IMG/VR virus record: IMGVR_UViG_3300025769_000611
Coordinates: 1 to 28,610 of that record
Length of the DNA: 28,610 nt
Source of the DNA: a virus
Taxonomy: Duplodnaviria > Caudoviricetes
Strand: one strand, 5' to 3'
The translations under genes and the position numbers were made by a program. This document shows positions 26,301 through 28,610 of this stretch, piece after piece. Under the pieces are notes generated by a model, which made no database searches, had not been told where the DNA came from, and worked only from the letters and a program-made list of their open reading frames with translations. Within the stretch, counting starts at the first letter, position 1. Every line of letters starts with the position of its first letter.

Positions 26301-28296
26301 CTTAGAAGCTAAATCTGGTATTGCATCTGAGAAAACATACTCAAAAGCTAAAGCAGAAGTAGTTGGATCAAGCCAAGGTAAATTCAAGTGGTTTATTCCA
26401 CCATCAGCAGATGACTTCGTTGGGTTACTATATAGTACACTGGCAAAAGGAGAGCTTGGTGATAACCAAATGGCGTGGTATAAAAAGAACTTGCTTGATC
26501 CATACGCTAGAGCTATGAACAACATATCTTCAGAAAGAGTTTCATTAGCTGCAGATTATAAAGCCCTCAAAAATAAACTAGGGATTGTTCCTAAAAATCT
26601 TAGAAAGAAAATAGAAGGCGAAGGATTCACTAAGGAGCAGGCTATACGTATGTATATATGGAATAAGCAAGGTATGGATATACCTGGTTTAAGTAAAGCT
26701 GACTTAGCAGACATGATTAAATATGTAGAGTCAGATGCTAGCTTGAATGTATTTGCAGATCAACTTATAGAAATAAACAAAGGAGATGGTTATCCAAAGC
26801 CAAAAGACTATTGGTTAGCAGGCAGCATTACCACTGACTTAATGGATGGACTTGGCGGCACAAAGCGAGCCAAGCATCTTGAAGAGTGGCAACAAAATGT
26901 AGATGCTATATTCTCTGAAAAGAACTTAAACAAGTTACAGGCTATACATGGTAAGCCCTATAGAGAGGCTTTGGAAAACATGCTTCAGCGTATGAAGTCT
27001 GGTAAGAATAGAAACTATGCTGGTGATTCTACAACAGGTAGAATGATGGACTGGTTGAACGGTAGTATTGGTGCGATCATGTTCTTAAATACTAGATCAG
27101 CTGTGTTACAGACTTTGTCGGCTGTTAACTTTATAAACTTCAAAGACAATAATATACTTGCCGCTGGTAAAGCTTTTGCTAACCAACCTCAGTATTGGAA
27201 AGACTTTAAAGAGCTATTCAATTCAGACTTCTTAAAAGAACGTAGAGACAATGCCACTATAACTATAAACGAGTCTGATATTGCCGATATGGCTAATAAA
27301 GGCGGAGCAAAAGGTGCTATATCTTATTTGTTACAAAAAGGTTTTACTCCTACACAAATTGCAGATAGCTTTGCTATCGCTTCTGGCGGCGCTACTTTTT
27401 ATAGAAATAGGATTAAAAGCTACATTAAGCAAGGCATGAGTGAGACTGAAGCTAAAGAAAAAGCTTTCTTAGATTTTAGAGAAACAGCAGAAGAGTCACA
27501 GCAGTCATCACGACCAGACAGAATATCAAAGCAACAATCTGGACCACTAGGTAGAGTTGTATTGGCATTTGCTAACACGCCTAGTCAGTATGCTAGAATA
27601 ATAAAGAAAGCTTCTCAAGACTTAATGGCAGGTAGAGGTGATGCTAAAACTAATATATCTAAGATAATTTATTATGGCGCTGTTCAAGGATTTATATTTA
27701 ACGCTATACAGCAAGCATTATTTGCAGCAGACTTAGACGACGAAGATGAGAAGACAGAGAAGATGGTAAGACTAGGCAATGGTATGGCGGATGGTGTATT
27801 AAGAGGTATGGGTGTATCAGGTGCTGCAGTTGCTGTAGTTAAAAATGCTGGACTTAGAGTGTACAATGAGTCTCAAAAAGATAGACCTAAATACGAAAAG
27901 GTAGCGTTTGAATTAACTAAATTATCTCCACCTATAGCTTCTAAACTTTCACGTATAAACCAAGCCGCTAGAGAAGTGCAATGGAATTCAGACGAAATGA
28001 AACAAAAAGGATTTAGCTTAGACAACCCAGCGTGGTTAGCTGCTGGTAATGTTATATCTGCAACAACTAATATTCCATTAGATAGGGTCATAAAGAAAAT
28101 TAACAACGTAAACGATGCGCTAAGTCAAGACTTAGAAATGCAAGAACGTATAGCACTACTAGCTGGTTGGCAGTCATGGGAATTAGGAATTGAAGAGGAA
28201 AAAGATAAAAAAGAAAAAAGATCTAATTCTTCAAGAGGGTTCAATCGTAAATCCAAAGATCCATATAGAAGAAAGATTAACGTGGTAGATAGATAA
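20392..28296 (+). CDS. Giant polyvalent internal virion/ejection protein (2634 aa): zincin-like peptidase, sigma2-like segment, EHxxP nuclease-like domain, HAD phosphatase, LPD38-like C-terminus
   Basis: Uninterrupted ORF. HELLH at 22858-22872, FDP segment at 23446-23655, EEHFMP at 25171, DFDDT/LTAR/K/TDD at 25774-26184, C-terminal AEESQQSSRPD...LAFANTPSQY helical region. The CDS itself is secure; individual domain calls vary in strength. Confidence 0.8.
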   Translation: MDKKEYIKYLADQGFSKEDILIKLRDFDRGIIDMPKKITDPVKTETSTGSIDDMVSNLGDFSSESPITSMYGFELSEEDIKSINRTDEEKAMDFALSTNPKYQELNSQLKEIQASKVLSPMAKDMQAKAIEKEIKKVKYYLDHKEASAYRALQQEEQVSPSSLLLKNTKYQNTKKALENIKTATKGDVTAITFVPEDEKIELQEDVENELIEQISKDEKKLDRYANYESTLTLTGSIDSKENLITKAKSKALSNRINEVTEEFNSIDFSQMTEEEAQNKYKEYNSKVFQLQTEYDFNAAESVFYNNFEMTDEYEKYLNREMEKGGFTNVSKDASSTLLQELAKVPIKSTIGTGFLFGNAVTELLEDVGIKEKTDDVYTGGDLMLDMFKKYISDGNPLGVTKSEDFTFDFGDGFKAKNAAKTTAQMLPFVIGIIASRGARSTGTAAQLGRFKLSTSRLAQMKAGARMTSIDSYFEGKEMGLSDAKAITYGFLKSTATGLANGIMPDANLFGGSVGKNALVALGKNLKSATNKAQIKAAANAFIIRPIGEIGEEEVEAGLGDLAKLAVGVKGKGELLNVESQSQIVAGTLLLTEVLAPFGLSADLKNSKRAIYRAYRENGAGIIEQMKEEKREAQLRMDRARTPERKAKWKELNDQYDKALEYASDLMLAINVSPESATPEELDLLRQKQGLMRQKQGKDPLYTKRIDKQIKEIDDKLEQGEVAASRETIKTRTSENVKKIIDDLNASTESNVLMESFEKDNELSATDKIKNKVKEIESQVENIPSDSDIEQSDAFVVEMKDGSSRIFINSDVSKETKAITAPQHELLHVVLKNTFKKNPELANQMKNSLEGFLDELSPSIAGEGGYISAVLENYKDQSTDVQSEEFLTALSDAMSKGFINSEIISETALDKVGNAIKSVLDKVIPNRRYKFNSGKDVFSFIKDFNKSVYKGEFSNKLKNTLEQGAVTTADTEVDAERKAMTSKTVLEEINNLVPENVNTKEDFADARVFNEVYNATAFPGGVINNYIRSRTSSIEEAEAATDSVVDRLMAFDPQAKRADGSIVGIEGFGEFIFANTAFGKLDAKKKLFEESQRKSQETRIDESTKQIADVEQEVTAQEEVGIKEKPTINPLKFTGVPGTITLSKKPEGKPTFKTITKQYAGEIGEQAIGIPAKKITESAANLGSVNEARAIQQFFFKADNLDKFVKILPEFNIALPETQIGLETLDTPKDVKGTGLGLPKRILDYFYEDFIDPTGRLTSPKGRSKGLTSQVPVKRLKPEFRGVVTKETIDKIKSDIGITPKGELNVLPKGELRSPIGQLLKGMAKTYSSLAANTLIRQEMGTSNFAKEDVARAAAGKRKAMLSISPKKAAAIAREDMLKTRVFEDLIVTTLNISRKEARELMNISANTKDSDEQKAIYDRNKKLPESIAAFEGETVIQGISRVLNNFLEQNPKFHEMLRISSTFGLDRAVFATQQGWANNIKIDKDKLIRQEQVSTDNYSYTKKKLLTKKYLEESRKSDFAELEFKRFEDMIDFYKAVDKYLKKPGNKNDFWAFQEIVRQAANSQKHFSRSSFPRLVYEVDIETEEPITDVKGVEEHFMPQNLVATLLLGGVKNGYLKEAIDIARAVSMQGFISKELDDMVNVKYKKTPPDALLDRLEDIITGKLKLDQGLASIIRYTESDIDLNRLFYVPANKTLGEYFFGNKSVPVKVQKEMVRKLFSGDTTLDQMREYGAKYAKTTAGKSKASKSNISKTPSGIISKASKTNDQVLNNLNNYDKALRNARNNKAPIKGISVFDFDDTLATTKSMVGVTMPDGTETKIDATEFAKTGEDLLEQGATFDFSDFSKVVDGKPGPLIAKLDKAIKKFGNKDVFVLTARPANSASAIYEFLKGLGYEIPLENITGLANSAPEAKAQWMVDKAAEGYNDFYFTDDAYKNVKAVQDAMKVLDVKSKERIVYKDIYDKMDKEMNDILEAKSGIASEKTYSKAKAEVVGSSQGKFKWFIPPSADDFVGLLYSTLAKGELGDNQMAWYKKNLLDPYARAMNNISSERVSLAADYKALKNKLGIVPKNLRKKIEGEGFTKEQAIRMYIWNKQGMDIPGLSKADLADMIKYVESDASLNVFADQLIEINKGDGYPKPKDYWLAGSITTDLMDGLGGTKRAKHLEEWQQNVDAIFSEKNLNKLQAIHGKPYREALENMLQRMKSGKNRNYAGDSTTGRMMDWLNGSIGAIMFLNTRSAVLQTLSAVNFINFKDNNILAAGKAFANQPQYWKDFKELFNSDFLKERRDNATITINESDIADMANKGGAKGAISYLLQKGFTPTQIADSFAIASGGATFYRNRIKSYIKQGMSETEAKEKAFLDFRETAEESQQSSRPDRISKQQSGPLGRVVLAFANTPSQYARIIKKASQDLMAGRGDAKTNISKIIYYGAVQGFIFNAIQQALFAADLDDEDEKTEKMVRLGNGMADGVLRGMGVSGAAVAVVKNAGLRVYNESQKDRPKYEKVAFELTKLSPPIASKLSRINQAAREVQWNSDEMKQKGFSLDNPAWLAAGNVISATTNIPLDRVIKKINNVNDALSQDLEMQERIALLAGWQSWELGIEEEKDKKEKRSNSSRGFNRKSKDPYRRKINVVDR

Positions 28297-28316
28297 CTAA
28301 TAGTGATTAAAAGATA

Positions 28317-28343
28317 AGTAAAACAAGTAACTCATATAAGTAA
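28317..28343 (+). promoter_or_regulatory. Candidate phage promoter/operator motif upstream of the endolysin
   Basis: agtaaaacaagtaactcatataagtaa resembles agtaaaatagagtaatactatatataagt at 1216-1244. Confidence 0.35.
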
Positions 28344-28610
28344 TGACTAAAATTAAATTAGAAGATTTAAATCTTGTACAACATCCGCTAGATCCAGGGC
28401 AATACATAGCTGAAGAGTTTCCAAAAAGGCAAATCTATTTACACCATACAGTTGGTAATCCTTCTGGTGAAAGAACTATAGATATTTGGAACAATGATAG
28501 AGCTCGTATTGGTACTGCTGTTTGTATTTCTAGGGATGGAACTATTGTGCAGGCTTTCTCTTCTAGGTATTGGGCATTTCATTTAGGACTTAGAGAGTCT
28601 GTGTTTCAGA
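28343..28610 (+). CDS. N-acetylmuramoyl-L-alanine amidase (Amidase_2-type endolysin), 3'-truncated by window edge
   Basis: Not in the ORF track. Manual translation gives MTKIKLEDLNLVQHPLDPGQYIAEEFPKRQIYLHHTVGNPSGERTIDIWNNDRARIGTAVCISRDGTIVQAFSSRYWAFHLGLRESVFQ, with IYLHHT, IsrDGtI.Q and WAFHLG amidase motifs. Confidence 0.88.
   Translation, partial: MTKIKLEDLNLVQHPLDPGQYIAEEFPKRQIYLHHTVGNPSGERTIDIWNNDRARIGTAVCISRDGTIVQAFSSRYWAFHLGLRESVFQ

Larger units (their letters stand above)
1..28610 (+). mobile_element. Tailed dsDNA bacteriophage genome segment (virion morphogenesis module), crAss-like / Flavobacteriia podovirus-like
   Basis: Tightly packed co-oriented genes in the order TerS-TerL-portal-scaffold-MCP-ring/tail-stabilisation-ejection proteins-amidase. 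No host housekeeping genes. A-rich leaders without Shine-Dalgarno, typical of Bacteroidota. Prophage versus free phage cannot be decided from this window (no integrase or att site seen). Confidence 0.93.

Noticed and set aside
33-28106. Numerous minus-strand ORFs of 60-147 aa and short alternative-frame plus ORFs (175..357, 4748..4954)
   Set aside because: All overlap long, motif-bearing plus-strand genes and have the S/F/L/I-rich composition expected of antisense shadows.
1-28610. Stop-codon reassignment as in some Crassvirales
   Set aside because: Genes are full length under the standard code and tile the window. TAG acts as a plausible stop at 1519 and 2489.
1-28610. CRISPR array, tRNA genes or DGR template/variable repeats
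   Set aside because: Intergenic gaps are all under ~70 nt. No regularly spaced repeats, cloverleafs, reverse transcriptase or adenine-variant repeat pair were seen by eye.

Overview
The whole window is one co-oriented (+ strand), AT-rich virion morphogenesis operon of a tailed dsDNA phage. Gene order and motifs resemble crAss-like / marine Flavobacteriia-infecting podoviruses. In order: end of a tail fibre, three small ORFs, a tandem GroES-like co-chaperonin, TerS, TerL, portal, scaffold, major capsid protein, a conserved post-capsid gene, two ring/adaptor proteins, a tail stabilisation (muzzle) protein split over two genes, two probable ejection proteins, a 2634-aa giant protein and the start of an amidase endolysin. 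The main finding is the giant protein, which lacks the DFDxD motif of crAss virion RNA polymerases. By eye it instead contains a HExxH zincin-like peptidase, a sigma70 region-2-like segment, an EHxxP nuclease-like domain, a complete HAD phosphatase and an LPD38-like C-terminus. Recurring RKAM[TL]S / SKASK linkers sit at the apparent domain junctions, which suggests a self-processing polyvalent host-takeover protein injected with the DNA. Other observations are twin related hairpins flanking the post-capsid gene, a repeated AGTAA-rich intergenic motif, and accessory domains in three consecutive tail proteins. All calls come from manual motif reading; no database searches were run.
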